Below are positions 12,094 through 25,947 of a stretch of 64,000 bases of DNA, piece after piece. Origin of the DNA: Camelus dromedarius (lineage: Eukaryota); assembly GCF_036321535.1 (NCBI RefSeq), contig NC_087436.1, positions 47,122,001 to 47,186,000 of the forward strand, given 5' to 3'. Made by a program: the position numbers and the translations under genes. Numbering within the stretch: the first letter of the stretch is position 1; each line of letters begins with the position of its first letter. Under the pieces are notes generated by a model. It did no database searches. It worked only from the letters and a program-made list of their open reading frames with translations, and was not told the DNA's origin.

Positions 12094-12751
12094 GTAGGCA
12101 CCATGTGACTTTCCAGTCAATTCTCATGCTTCTGACAAACACCTTTTAAAGTAGTCGACACCTTTCTACACAGTGCTTTGTTCTTCAGCTGTAACGTGTG
12201 ATTCTGTAACTTTGCTTTTCTTCCTAAATTCTTTAAAAATGTTGAAAAGACCTTTCTTTTAAACGTGACTATGTGAAGGTACATCTGAAAACTCCTTTCC
12301 CAGACCCTGTGACCTGGAATCCCGGTTGTTAGCTGTGGTTGTTTTTTGGTTTTGTTTTTTATTGTCCATGTTCTCTTTGCTTTAACACTTCTGTTCCTCT
12401 CTCTGCGTAACTGCTTACAATACAGTTTCTTATGATGATTCTGTAATATACCACTTTGTGTCCCCTTGAGAATTGTTTCTGTGATTTGGGGTTATTTAAA
12501 AATGTAAAACATGGTAGGGTTTATCTTTCCTGTACATTAATTCAAGGCATCAAACCGTGAGGCCCTATTTATTTCCCCGTTTTCTTGCATTAAAAATAAG
12601 GCCTCCACTTGTACTGCACAAATAAAAATGGCTGGTATAAGAACCATAAAAAGTAAAGCAAACAAGTCCACGTGATGTTGTAGCTACTACGTGTTTGGAA
12701 TGTACAAAAACCGCTTCAGTAAAAATTTGTTAAAGACACAATTTTCTGCAG

Positions 12752-12786
12752 GTACAGGTCCAAGAATGACAGCTGCCTACATCTGA
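12752..12786 (+). CDS. LEF1: LEF1 alternative exon 11, coding part GTGPRMTAAYI* (N-type tail). The exon extends to 12792 (41 nt).
   Basis: ttttctgcag acceptor, TGA at 12784-12786 and ATG|gtaaga donor at 12793. Matches the canonical LEF1 C-terminus. Confidence 0.95.
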
Positions 12787-15700
12787 AACATGGTAAGAAC
12801 GACTCTCTGGTCCTACTGCTGACGTTAGTTATAAACAGAGGCACTTGCTTGTGAATCTTCTTGCTCATACTGATGCAATTCAGCATTGCTCTTTTAAAGA
12901 GGAAACTCCACCAAAATCCAATCAGCGCTTTCAAACATCTGATGGTTTTTATACCGGCTATGTGTCTGCAACATAGTATGCGTATCTCTCTTCTCCCCTC
13001 TTTTGCCCCTTTAATCTTTCTCCATTCCCATTCCCCTAACTTGTCAGCCATTCCTTACTGACCAGTGGCACATCTGCCTGCTAAAAACCAGACAGGCAAC
13101 AAAAACCGGCAAAACACTATCTTACTCCACAGACCTGGGGCTGCATTTGAGGAGCTCAGGCCCAGACTAGCCCAGGACTCAGAAGCTTTTACTCTGTAGA
13201 GACTTCTCAATTGAGATGATAAATAGAGACTTAAAAGTAATAAGAAAAATAGAGATGCTTAATTTTTTCTATTATTTAAAAATATGGCGTGGGGACTTAA
13301 TTGACTGTATTCTGCTGTAAAGGTCTTTACTGGTAACCATGGTTAGATCTCACTCTCATCTTTGTAGGTAGTATTTATTTCATTTCTTTTTATTGTAGTT
13401 ATTTTACTTTTGACCACCAACGCTGGTGGGAACCTGGCTTTGTAAATTGCTGCAGTGTTTGCTCAGCTTGGAACTCACGTGTGTACACCTTCTCCCGGGG
13501 ACAGTTCCTCTCAGAGGCGCTGCTCCTTCTGTTCTCTCTAGGAGCCCGCATCCCAGTGCTGTCAGCTCTAGCTTTTGGGTCTGTCTGAAATCTTTTCCAC
13601 TCACCCTCATTGGTGCCACAGCCCCAGCTCAGGTGCTCAAACTTTCCATCTGGATTATTGTAATCCCTTTGGATAATTGTCCTGCCTCCAGACTTCCTTT
13701 CTGCCAGTTCATCCTCTGTGTCCCTCCCTGAGGGATTTGCTGAAACACAAACTGATTGGGTCACTTCCCGACTTAGAGCTGGTCAGTGCTTCCCTCTGTC
13801 TGCAGGACAAAGTGCAGACACGTTAGTGTGGGTCTGCCTCTGCCCTCTCCTGCCTCCAGCCAGGCCCTAGGAGTCCTGTTCTCAGTCCAAACAAAATTAT
13901 TTGCCATCCCCCAAGATGACTGGGGCTGCTGCATGCGCTGCCCTGGTGCTCGGAAAGCCGTTTCCTGGGCCTCAGAACAGGATAGATCTGCGCGGTGTTT
14001 CTAAGGAGGAGAGCACTAGCCTGCGGGTCACTTGGTTCTTGACTTGAACCAGACGACCACTTAAGCTTTTAGAACTAATTCTGATGCTGAAATTTGAACA
14101 GACCTTCCCAGAGGAGCCTGCAGAGATTGTGGGTACCAAATAGAAATCAGCTGTTCGCCAGGACGATCTGCTTGAGCTTTTTAATCTTCATGTTCCACCT
14201 GTAAAACGGGACCAGTAACACCTCCCACCTCTGGTTCTTTATTTGGCATACGTGGCCTCCCTTCCTCCTTCCACCCACACCAGGTCCTTACTCAGCTGCT
14301 CCCCCTCCTCTGTGAACCTTTCCTGAACTTCATTCAAAATTTCATCTTTGTGGTTTTGTGGTATCAGAAGTCTTCCAAACTAATGCTGAGAGGCAAGCTT
14401 TCCTCCCGGTGGAAAGAGGATCAACCCTTCACATAGGTGACCGAACAAGGGATCAGAAAAGGACCTCAGATGGCGTTCACATTTAATTCAGCTTTTAACA
14501 GCTATTAATTGAGGGCCCCTCTGAGCACAGGCCCTGCCCCTAGTTGCTCATGGAGTTAGAATTACTAGAAGTAATTCTAGTAGCAAGCACATGCTTTTGT
14601 ACTTTTTTTGCATTTTTTTAAGACTGTTGTCCTTTGAATTTCTGAGCATTCAGGTACAGACAGCAGCCCTTTTATGCTCTGCCTCTTGAGTGGAAAACCC
14701 TGGTAAACGCAACGTGCTGAGGACCAACATTCACTCATTTACTGTCTGCTGTTTGCACCAAAATCTTTAAAACTGTTTCTATTACTTCAGTTTGCTACTT
14801 GGTTTTCTGTCCTTAATGATGAACGTTATATAGTCTTTTAGATCAGTCAGGCTGAGTGCGTTTCTATCCTAGAATGTGTCCCAGGTATCTCTTTTTAAAA
14901 AATGTCATAGTGATCATTGTGCTTTCCTGTCACTTACTTGTTTTTTTCTAAAGGTCAAGGTGTCCCCTCTACCCTGTCCCAGAAAAACAAAACAAAGCCC
15001 CCCCCCAAGAGAAACATTCTCACCAGTGGCCGGTGAGGCTCCAGCCAGCTGGGCTGCACTTAATCAGAGTCTCCAGTGTTCCTCTCCCGTCTCATTGCTG
15101 GATCAGTCATACGGCCTTTGAAGTTCTGTCCTCCACACTATCCTATTTTAGACAGCAGCACTGGCAGTCATTTGATAAGAATTACTAAGCAGAGAGGAGC
15201 TCAGATTTGCATTCATGAAGATTTCAGTAAATTGGGAATGATACTATCCCTGCTGTCTCCCCACCCCTTTGTTTTAGGAATTCAGAAACTCCTATATGTG
15301 TAGTAGTTGACTTGTTCAGTCATTACTCAGCATTTAGTGAGCACCTAATAAATGCCAGTTAGTTCCGTAAGACCTGGAAGTCTTAAAATTAAAAATACAG
15401 GAAAGTATATGTCTGTAATAGAAATAAAGCAGGGAGTGACTTGAGGGTCTGGCTTTAGGTTGATGGTCAGGAAAGTCCCTCTGAGAAGGTGAGGCTCAGT
15501 AATTACCGGCTGTTACCTCTGGAGGGTGTTCTCTGTGCTGTTCTGGGACAGAGCAGTGGCATAGAAACGAAAGACCAGCCTGACAGAGCATCGTGGTGTA
15601 GGAGGAGCTCAGACTAGGAGCAAGGCCACCCAGGCACTCAGATTAGCCCTCTGTGCGGGCTGCGTGGCTGGGGCAGCTGGTTTAACCCTGGAGACTCCAG

Positions 15701-16909
15701 TTCCTCGGGCCAGAGTGGAAGGGCCCTGTCTGGCCTCTCAGCTCCCCTGTCTGCTTTGCTTCCGCACGCTGCACTGCCTCCCAGTGTTACTAAAGGGACT
15801 CGGGCCTCTTGTACGTTTACTAACATGTAGTCCTCATTCTAGGTCTCAGTGGCTCTAACCGTTAAGGCACCTGTATGATCTGGAAAATGACTTGTCCACA
15901 ATGTGCTTGTTCTTCAGCTTCTGAGTAGATCAGCCCTGCCTCCCCAGAACGAGTGCTGCCTTTGGTTTGGGGGGTTTCACTCTCCACTGATGTGGTCACG
16001 TTTGCCAGACCTTGGTCACATGAGTACTGGCTTCACCTTAGCAAGAAGCTGAAGACAGATAAAATGTTTGATTAGAATTGATCCTGCAAATAGTGTGACG
16101 TGAAATCTGACAGGGCTCACTTTCAGTTCTGAGGGGAAGTTCAAAAGTCACCGCCCTCCCTTCAGGAAGGGAAAGCTAACGGAACGCAGTGCCCGGGCAG
16201 GGAAGATGCTGTGACTCCAATGTGAAGATTTTGGGGAGGGTTTCTCTGTGTACAGTGAAACTTAATGGTATCCTGGTGTCCTTAAAGAAAATTCCTATTA
16301 AACTGAAAAGATCTTTGAGCTTAGACGTCCACAATGTAGCTGAAATGCTAGAGAACTCTGGTTAACTCTGAACTAGTGTGGGACAGTGGGCCACAGGGAA
16401 AAATCCCACTAATAAGGAAAAGACTCTCCTCCATGAACAAAACAGCCCTCTGAAAACTTGTGTTTCTGCTCCTTATAAGATAAAAGTTTGGCTTAATACT
16501 TCCATTCTGTTGGTGGGAAATGCCACTGCAGTTGCCTCCACAGCCCAGCGTAGAAATTGGCCTGTTATGTAGTTGGTCACACCGCCGTCTGTCTCCCTGT
16601 GTTTCTGCTTTTGACCGTTGTGTAAGAATATTCGCACTGTTGAAGTCAGGTGAAACAGAGAAATGAGCGTTAACCCAGTCTCAACACCTTGCAACAGATT
16701 TTAGGATAATTAAAGTGGGATCCATAAAAGACACTCCCCCAAGTTAGAGGTGATCCTCAAACTCTGCGGTCTTCTAAGAAATTCAGATTCATAAGGGAGA
16801 ATCTGGACTAGCTTGTCCCTTGTGGTCATGCTGGGAGCCCAGGACCTCAAGCTGTGAGACTGCACACCTTCTTCTGTGTCTAGCTGGAAGGCCAGTATCA
16901 TAAACGCCA

Positions 16910-17195
16910 ATCATTTGTTCATTCACTCTGCAAACATCCAGTGAAGTGTACTCCTCCAGGTCAAGAACTGCTTTAGGCAGTGGGGGTTACTTGCTAAACG
17001 GACCCTGTTCCTTCCCAGGGGAGCTCCCAGTTTAAGAAGATGCAGGCATACAAATGGCTACTTATAAAATAATATGTTTTATGCTATGAAGAAAGTACAT
17101 ACAGTGTATGGTGTTAAAAAAAAAAAAGAACAAGAAGTATGTAATCGAGAGTGAGATCAAGGAAGGCTTCCTGGAGTAGGTAACATGTGAGCTGT
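16910..17195 (-). mobile_element. L2 fragment
   Basis: CATTTGTTCATTCAC...GGAGCTCCCAGT...AGGAAGGCTTCCTGGAG. Confidence 0.55.
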
Positions 17196-20100
17196 CCAGT
17201 CATCTTGGGTTTGATAGAACAGTGATCAAGTTGCTATGAGTTTCCAGTATTTAGTATACATCTGATTTGAAATATGTAACGTCTCAAGAGTTTGTCAGGA
17301 GTCAGAGATTATCAAATACTGAACTTCCCTTTCTTCCTGACTTAAGATTCAATAAGTAATTAAAGAAGCAAAGAATTAAATTTTTGAAAAGCTGGAGAGA
17401 ATTATTCTTGAGTTTACTAACTTAAAAACAGTTCCACAAGTTGGTTTACTAATACTTAATTTAGCAAAGCATAAAAAGCCTACCATCTTAAAATGTTAGA
17501 GATTGAAAAGATACTCTTATATAATCAAAGGAAATACAGTGAAATAGCGTAACTCAAAGAGCTAATTTAAAAGTAGAAACAAGCTATTTTTTAAAAAAAA
17601 CCAAAAAACCTCTGGTTAAACACACTGAGATACACATGGATACAGATACCCACAGCACTCTTATTATTCCTATACACTATGTTTTTGGCTTTGGAATAAT
17701 CTTTATCTTGTACATTTGCTGAACTGAGAAATTAAAATGTGTTTTTTACTAAATAAAAAGTTTAGCCTTTATTTCCCTGGGCCAAGAAGTGTGTAGGAGA
17801 GGTAATTTCTAGTCCAGTACAGAATGCAGTGGTTAACTGTGTGGTGTTTGGATTTAATCTTTAAATTAAAACAACAAAAATTTTCAGCTTTCCATTTGAT
17901 TGGACCAGAGTCCTCTTCAGGATTAGTGCGAGGACTGTGACCCTGAAGATCTTCCAGGAGCCTTGCCTGATGCACGAGAATTAGCCCTGTCCTCTTGAGT
18001 CAGGGAGTGGTCTAAATATTTTCTGTAGTCTCCTTGAGAGAAACACTTATTTCATATAGTTCGTGAAGCTCGCCCTGGCAAGTGTGACACATTTGTCTCA
18101 CCTTTGCTCTGAGCACAGATATAGTCAGCTACCACGTTAAGTATCAGTGAGCCTCTGGGCATTTGTTCCCAGGTTGGCACGTCTAGTTAGGAAGCAAAGC
18201 CAAGCACTTAAGTGATAAAGTTGGAAGCACCTAGAGAAATTGGTAGGCTTGTCCAAAGTCTCGAAATAAAAATGAGAAGGTGAAAAAATAACCCGTTTTA
18301 CATTTTTCATCTTTTTTTGTCACATGCTTTGGGACTAAGTGTGTCAAGCACTTACGGAGCCCATGGCCTAGAATTGCCACTAACCAAACAGGAGACGGTG
18401 GAGGCTCAGCACTCTGGGGAAGGGAGCCTGGGAGGCGCCCAGATCAGGGAGACCAGCTGGGGCACGGCCACCTGCACCCGGCTCAGCGCTGTCCCAGAGC
18501 TCCGCCGGAGCCGCCTCTGAACGGAGGCCCAGCCCAGTGCAGGACCGTCTGCCCGTCAGTCAGATCCTGATGGAAAGGACTGCAGGCGAGTCGTCTGTCC
18601 TGTCTGGATCACAGGTGTACTCTGCCTAGGGCATGGGGGTCTGTCTGAGTTGTTGGCCTCCCCTTGCCTCCCCTCTGTGTTTGTCCACAAACCCTCGCTA
18701 AACCTGTCACAGATTAGTAGAAAATCTGTAGAGAATTCACACAACAGTGACACTTGACTACAGTGTCCTTACTAGGGACTCAGTAGTGAGAACACTCAGT
18801 AAGGGAAGTTCAGACATTGACAGCAAGGCGGTCCTGGTCACACTGTCCTAAGTCGAGATGACTCTGTAACGGCACTGTGTGTGGACTGCAGGTGCTTGGC
18901 TCTAACTGTTCTCCAGTGCCTCATGTGCACTCTTGTGATGGGAGCCTTTTGATCACAAGGAGCACAAACAACCCGCGCCAGCTTAAGGAGCTCTATGTTA
19001 AGGATACAGGAGCATCTTGTGGAAGGTAAAGACAGAAGTGCCAGTAGGCGAAGGAGAATTCTGGGAGGTGGTCTTGGAAAACTGTCCAAGTGCTTTTCCT
19101 GCCTCTTCTATCCGCCTCTTCCCCCCAAATCCCATCTTCCCTTCTGCAGATTGGCCTCCTCAGTTCTTTGTTCCACGTGTCCATCTCCCAAAGAGATGAT
19201 TATTGCAAATTGCAGAGAAGGGACACTGGCTAGCCCAGCTTAGGTCAGAATTCTACCCCAGTCCGTAACCAACCACGGCCAGAGGAGACGGTCACACAGT
19301 ACAGAGCGACTGCCGGGGGCTCCCTGCTCCCACTGCAGGCGTGCTGGCATGGGGATGATCCAGAGGCAGGCTCCAGCCCAGATGTCCACCACAGCTCACT
19401 GACTAGCTGGCGGCAGCGCCTGTTAGATTAGCAGGCAGGTGATTCTATCTAGGCAGCTGTGCGTTAGTGACAAAGCCAGGAGAGGATCAGACTTGTGGTG
19501 AAAGCTTTTAAAATTTCTGCTGTGCTGCAGCATCTTTTCCATCAATCCCTTTTCCCTCTTGAATGGTCAGAAGAGCTAGAATTGTGTTTAAGTTGCTTTG
19601 GCAAACAGAAACAGGAAACTGGACCCTTGACTAGCAAGAGTGACCATGTGCCATTAAAAATCACTGGCGAGGAAGGGAAGGGGGAGGCTCGTTGCTCTTG
19701 AGACACATAATATTTAGTATTGTTCATGAAAGCCCGTGAAGTGCAGTTCAGATCAGTGCACTTAAGAATAGTTCATGGAATTAAAAAAACATCTATTTTG
19801 GACAAATTTGGTTCAATAGAATGGTTTTCTCACTGAGCAATCTGGAACAGAATTATTCTTCCAGATGATGGAGTTTCCCAGAGAACTCGAGATTTACCTC
19901 TTTAAGTGTCAAAACATATAATTTTTAATTTTAACTCTTTTGGATGCACCTCTTTCTTCAGGACTACATCTAAATTAACTATTTCTTTATACCTCGCGCC
20001 ATTGTTCTGTAGCGTGTACGATGTACCGTACGGTGTATGGCAACAAAGAACTGATGCTGTTTGACAGTGTTCTAAATGATCTCAAATAATGTGAGAGTTT

Positions 20101-23100
20101 TAAAAATCTGCTTTTCCTAGTTTATTATTTTTTCTGTTCTGCCTGGGCTGGTACCCTTCCCTAAGGTAGTAAATATGTTCCTTTTGATCCATTTTATAGA
20201 TTTGGGAACCAGAAAACAAAGCGTATTTGAATAATACATAAATTAAAAGCAAATGGAGTCTGAGCTGGGGTATGAAGGGCACTCTGTTAAGAAGGGCACA
20301 TGTGGGGTTTTTTTTAATGTGAATTTCTTGATACTCCTGTGAGTACTTCCATTTCCTCCACTGTGTCCCTAAGAGTAAAGCTGCCAGGTGACACACCCAG
20401 AAGAATGGGGATCCAGCTTAGAATGGCTGTGAGCCCTGAGGGAGTCACTGTGTTCTTCTGACAGAATGCGGGAAAAATGGGAGCATTTCAGTCAAACCGT
20501 ACTGCCCACTTTCTTGCTTCAGTTTTAAGTCAAATCGAACCTGAGGTTTTTTCAATTTTTATACACATTCTCTGTAAATATAACACCAAATTTTCTGTTG
20601 CCCTCTTGGGATTACTTTTCTTAGCTATCATTGTGTTTCTGGGGACACTGTTTTATGAGATATTTTACAATATTTCGTAAGAAAGGTTTTACAGTATTCT
20701 CTATTGGTCTTAATTTTCCACCAGAAGTCCTGTAAGTAGAATGAATCTTGCCTTTACCCTGCACATGTTGTGTGAGATTGGAACAAGGGAAGTGGACTGT
20801 CGTTTCTGGACCGTAGTCTGTCCCAGGCGCTCTCCTGGAGGCCTTAAATCCCGCTCCCACGGCAGCCCTGTACGGGGAGGAATCTCTGCCCGACTGAGGG
20901 GCAAGGAAACGTCAGTAACTCGTCCGGGGCCAGCTGGCTGGTGTCCAGACCTGGGTCTGTTCTTCTGTCCCTCTTTGACTCAAGTCTCCACTCCCTGTGC
21001 CCTGTCAGATGCCAGGCACTCGCCACGCCTGTCACACGAATTGCCTCCTTTCAGCCCCTCAACATGCTTTGTAAGGTGTAGCGACTTATGTTTGGTAAGT
21101 TTAAGTAACTTGCACGGGATACCCCAAGTAGTATGATGGAGGTCAGGGTTCAAACCCAGCTGCAGACTGTCTGTTCCCAGAGCTCCTGCTCTGAGCCCAC
21201 AACACACTGTAACCTCCCTGGGCCACCCGTACTTAGACACATGGACTCGTACACAGACACAGGTATGACATTGGACATCCTTGGTTCGGAAAAAAAAAAT
21301 GGTATGCACTAATTCTGTTGCCTTGCTTTTAGAAGCTGAAGTTGGGATCTTCAATGTAGGAGAACTTGTAGAGAGAAAAGTGAGTTGAATACAGAATTTG
21401 GAAGTGGGTAGATGAGTCTCCACAGTGACTGTCCTCCTGAAGCACTTCAGTGTGCAGAGTTACAGTGGATTTTGAGGCCCCTTATTCAGAACCTTCCTCA
21501 AGGGCACTTCCCAGTGTCTCTAGCGGAGGTGAGCACCCAGTGGGTGAGACCCGCACTGGGAGGCCTGGCCTGCCAGCGAGACGTGCATCCTCACACAGGA
21601 GACACACAGGGCTGATCAGGAGAAACTCCCCTAGAGCAATTTATTAATAGTTACAGGCCTGCCTCAGCGTCATCTCAACTTCACCAAGGTCTGCTTTCAC
21701 TGCTCCTAATCCATTCTGAATGCCCACAGGGGAAGAAACTGCAGACTCAGTGACCGAGCCTCGGCCTGTGTAACCCGGATCCAAGCCCAGGCCCAGGCAC
21801 CCATCAGAGCACCGACCCTCCTCCCTTCCTCCAGGTTCTGGGAATCCTGCATCAGAACGTGTGGCCCGGGGACTGGGGGACTGGCTAGTCTTGGTTGCTG
21901 GGACTAAGGACTAACTCAGCTGCAGAAAGAAGACTCAGCGCTAACCTTCCTAACCACGCGTTACCATTTTTCCTTTTTTTCAGATACTAAGGTTACTTTC
22001 AAGGAGCTGAAGTTGGCTCTTATAGGTTATACTTTCAATCTTAGAGATTTGCATTTCAAAGTTAATTTCTTATGCCCTTTGTTCTCTCATCCTGCTTTCA
22101 AATAGAGCGTAGTATGTTGGGGTGGGCAGTGGTCTAGGTGGAGCCCACCTCCACAGGGCTAACTGTGCTGTTGACTAGTGATGGACAGATGGGTGCATGG
22201 AAGCAAGGCAGGTGAGAAGAGAATGAGTGATCGGTTAGCTGCAAGGGCTGCTGGGGAGAATTTGGGTTTAGGGCTCAAAAGCGAATCCTGCCAGCTGTAG
22301 GTTGGGTGACCGTAGGCAGGGCTTTTCACCTCACACGGCCCCATCCTTCTCTGTAAATGGGCTGGAATCATAGGAGCTGGTGTGATTGCTGGAAATTGTA
22401 CGTGTGCCCGGCACAGCCGTGCTCAGCAGGCATTGTCCTTCCTTCCTCCCCACCAGCAGACCTACATGGAACCAGGGGCTTGGGGACCCTCAGACCAGCT
22501 ACCGACGACTGAATGTCTTGGTTCCATCTAGAATGACGGGGCCAGACCAGCTCTTGTCGCGCTTGCTTCCTGCTCTGAGAGCCCGAGCCTCTCTGAGCTA
22601 GAGTTCCCGCCCTGACCCCACAGCCTTCTGTCGGTTTGCCCCGAGACGAAGCAGAAAAACCTAGGCAGTTGTCATGAAGTGTGTGGTGTGCTGCTGTGAG
22701 GTGATTTTTGGAATGAAAATCTCTCCCTCTGTTCATCTGTCACAAACTAAGTACTCTCTCCTCAAATTTCATGTCATAACTAAAAACACTTTAAAGTTCC
22801 TGCTCCTTGCTCATAATATTTGGGATGGGGAGGATCTCTTATTCTAACCCACCTTGTTGGGTTCCTCACCACCTCTGGACAAGGAGTGATGGGACCTGAC
22901 ACTACGGGTTGGTGGGGGGGGGGGTCTTGGCAGCTCTGCTGCTCCCGCTTGGCCTGCACAGTCCCTGCTGCCCCAGTGGGTCCTGAGTCACACACCCACC
23001 CCCTCTTTTCCACCTTGACCTCGGCCTCACCAGTGGGCTGATTTCCTTGACCCTCCTGCTGGAGGACAGCCTGGGGGAGGGGGCTGGGGCAGCACTCGGC

Positions 23101-25947
23101 TTCCAGTTACAGCAAAGGAATTCCCCCTTTCCCCTTCTTCATGTCTCCTGAACCAAGGCCTAAAAAGCCCTAAGGCCTCAGTCTGTGCTGCTCGTCTCCC
23201 AGACGCAGGTCCCTCTTGAAATCTCGAGATTTCCTTTTCCCACCTGGGCTCTTAATAAGTGACTCTGCCCATTTGGGTTCCTGGTTCCAGCTGGTTAGTG
23301 GGATATTTTATCAAGATTGGAGTTTGATCCAGGAGAGCTTCAGGGGTTTCGGCTGGATGGTGGTGGTAGGGCACTGCCTTGTGCCTCCTTCAAATACACT
23401 CAACAAATGGCCCACATGGTGACTCCTGGCAGAGGGAGCCCAAGCCTGACATGTGTGAGAAGGGACTCGGGGCCCCCTTTGAAGCGGGAGCAGTAATTGC
23501 AGCTTTGATTGCACCGACTCCACCACTGGGTTGGGCCGCATTGGGGCTCGCAGGGCCAGCCCAGCCTCGGCCGCGCCCCCCACATGAAGCCTTAGATGTG
23601 GGAAGTCTCCAGTCTCCTGAGCCTCATGCCTGTGGTTTCTTGAAAAGAATCTTGATTTGACTTGTTTTGTATCTGTAAAGCTGCATTGGAAGGCCCCCAT
23701 TTCTCCCATTTGGAAGACTGGTCTGCCCTGACGACGCTGTATTTTAAAGCAGCAACCAAGTGCAAGCAAGGTGCCTCATTTGATAGTGAGACAGTTCTTT
23801 GCCGATTTCTTTAAATACCAGTTTGACCTTAGGAGAGTAACCCAGGTGGGGTGGAGTCACTTTTTGGTTGGCAGTGGTACGGAGCATCTCTGAAGCCAAA
23901 TTGCAGGAGGATTTGTAAGAGGGACACTGAAATAATGAAATAACAGTGGGAAGACGTGACCACAGAAAGAAATGGCTTTATTAGGAAATGTCAAAATTCT
24001 TTCTATGGAAGCACATATCATCCTTGTGATAAATGGCCACTGTGGCCAGCCAGGACTGGTTTAGTCATCGTGATGTTGTGCTCAGCTCGAGAAGTAGGGA
24101 GGAGGCGACACTGTGGGTGCCCTGGGGAGGAAGGACGACTTGAACAGCCAAGTGCAGGAGAGCAAGGAGAGCTGCGCAGGGTGCCTGAGGCTGCGGTGGG
24201 GACGGGCCCAGCAGAGGGACAGCTGATGCCCGGGAGCCGGCAGACACTCCCGGCTGCTAACGGCCAGTCGCTCCTGAACCACAGCAGTGGTCTCCAGCTG
24301 CTGGGCCCGTCCTCACCAGCAAGCGCAACCCTGACCAGACCTCTGCCCTCTGTGACGCACAAGCACGGTGGGAAGAGGCGTCTGAGGGCGAGGGGGCGGG
24401 CGCCCCCCACCCCACCAGCTGGGCTCTGCTCCTTCCTCCTTGGAAAGCCAGGGCCCTGCCAAGCTCTTCCGCCCTCCGGTGTGAAGCATCTGAAATACTC
24501 TGCTTACATTTTAAAAAGCCACAGCACCGGTGTGTTTCCTGTCAAAGGGGCAAGGTCAATACTGCAGTGACAAGGAGCTGAAACTGCCACTGACGACCTT
24601 CGCGCTGACAACGCTCTGGCTGATTTTCTCCCATTTTGTTTTTGCTGGGTTTGTTTGTTCAGTAGCCACCCGGGTAAACAGACACTTTCTTCGCACTTCT
24701 GGTCAGCAGTCATTTTGAGGGACAACGCTGGGGGTAGCTGCAGTGATAATCAGAATGCTAACTTGCAGCAGGGCTCACTGTGAGGGGCTCACCGCGCGCT
24801 GCCCCTTAGACGCACCGGCTGAGCCATCCTCACGGCTCCCGGCCACAGATCGCTCTTCTCTGAACAGCACTTTGTAGACTGTAAGTCACCATCCAGAGTT
24901 TAGTTTTCATTGTTAAACTATTTCAGAGCTTCCTTTTATTTCTCAAAGTTCCCTTATACTTAAATAAAAAGCATAAAGGAACACACTCTACTATTTGGAA
25001 TTAACTTTGTAAAGGATACATCTGCTGGTAACAAGGACACCACAAGCACAAAGCGCTGAGACTGGTCTGAGGCTGCCGGGGCCCCAGGCAGAGCGGAGCT
25101 CCCCTGCAGCTGCACAAGGCGCAGGGGAGGAGGATGCGCTCCTTAGAGAAGGAGTGGACTCTGCGATGTGCTCTCTCCTGTCTCTCTCATCTTGTACAAT
25201 GTTTTATTTTTAGTCACTTCTCTAAATCTCAAGGTTATTACAGCTTTGGGGATTTAGGGAATCTCCTTTCTGGATGCTATTATCACCAGCAATACCTTTA
25301 AATATTTGGTGAGTGTACATTCCAAAGTGAATATTAGCGATCTTAGGTGTTACGAAGGAAAAAAATCTTGAGAATTGAAAAGTCTGAAGTAAAACTGGAG
25401 AGGCTTATGCACCTCAGACTGAATACGAGCGGACGGAGAGCGTCCCTGACTCCTGGGGCTGGCAGCAAGAGCATGTGGGGCACCGGCTAGCCTGAGCACG
25501 GTTCAGTCTCGTGTAAGTTCATACAACGGCTCCCCACAGTGGACTAAAAAGACCAAACACTTCAGAATGACAGATCTTTCCCTGATCTGGACATTGCCCA
25601 CCATTACAATTCATGTTTGGCCATTCCTTCCTGATGTTTCTCAAACGGATGCTTTTCTTTAACCATGATCCAGAGTATCAGCTGTATTTCACATGGTAAC
25701 ACTGTACATACATGCACATGAACCTGGAAACAAACTAAACATTTCAATAACAGTACACGTCTTCTCTAACGTAGTCTGAGGATTGGGGGCTGCCGTGGGG
25801 CAGTCTGTTTTAGCCATCACCAAATCAAAAAAGTGGATTCATTAAATGCAGAGATCTTAAGACATGTGCTGTATGCAGTAGAGGTTAAAATCTGTAAAGG
25901 TTTGTGGCAAATTCACATTAACAGCATTTTATTTGTTCCTTCTTGAG

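Noticed and set aside
14563..14582. 8-bp hairpin TACTAGAA-GTAA-TTCTAGTA
   Set aside because: Short and AT-rich; expected by chance in 64 kb and too small for a pre-miRNA.
23956..24570. 204-aa ORF on the + strand in the LEF1 last intron
   Set aside because: GTG start, GC-rich low-information composition, no recognisable domain or splice context. Long ORFs arise by chance in GC-rich DNA.
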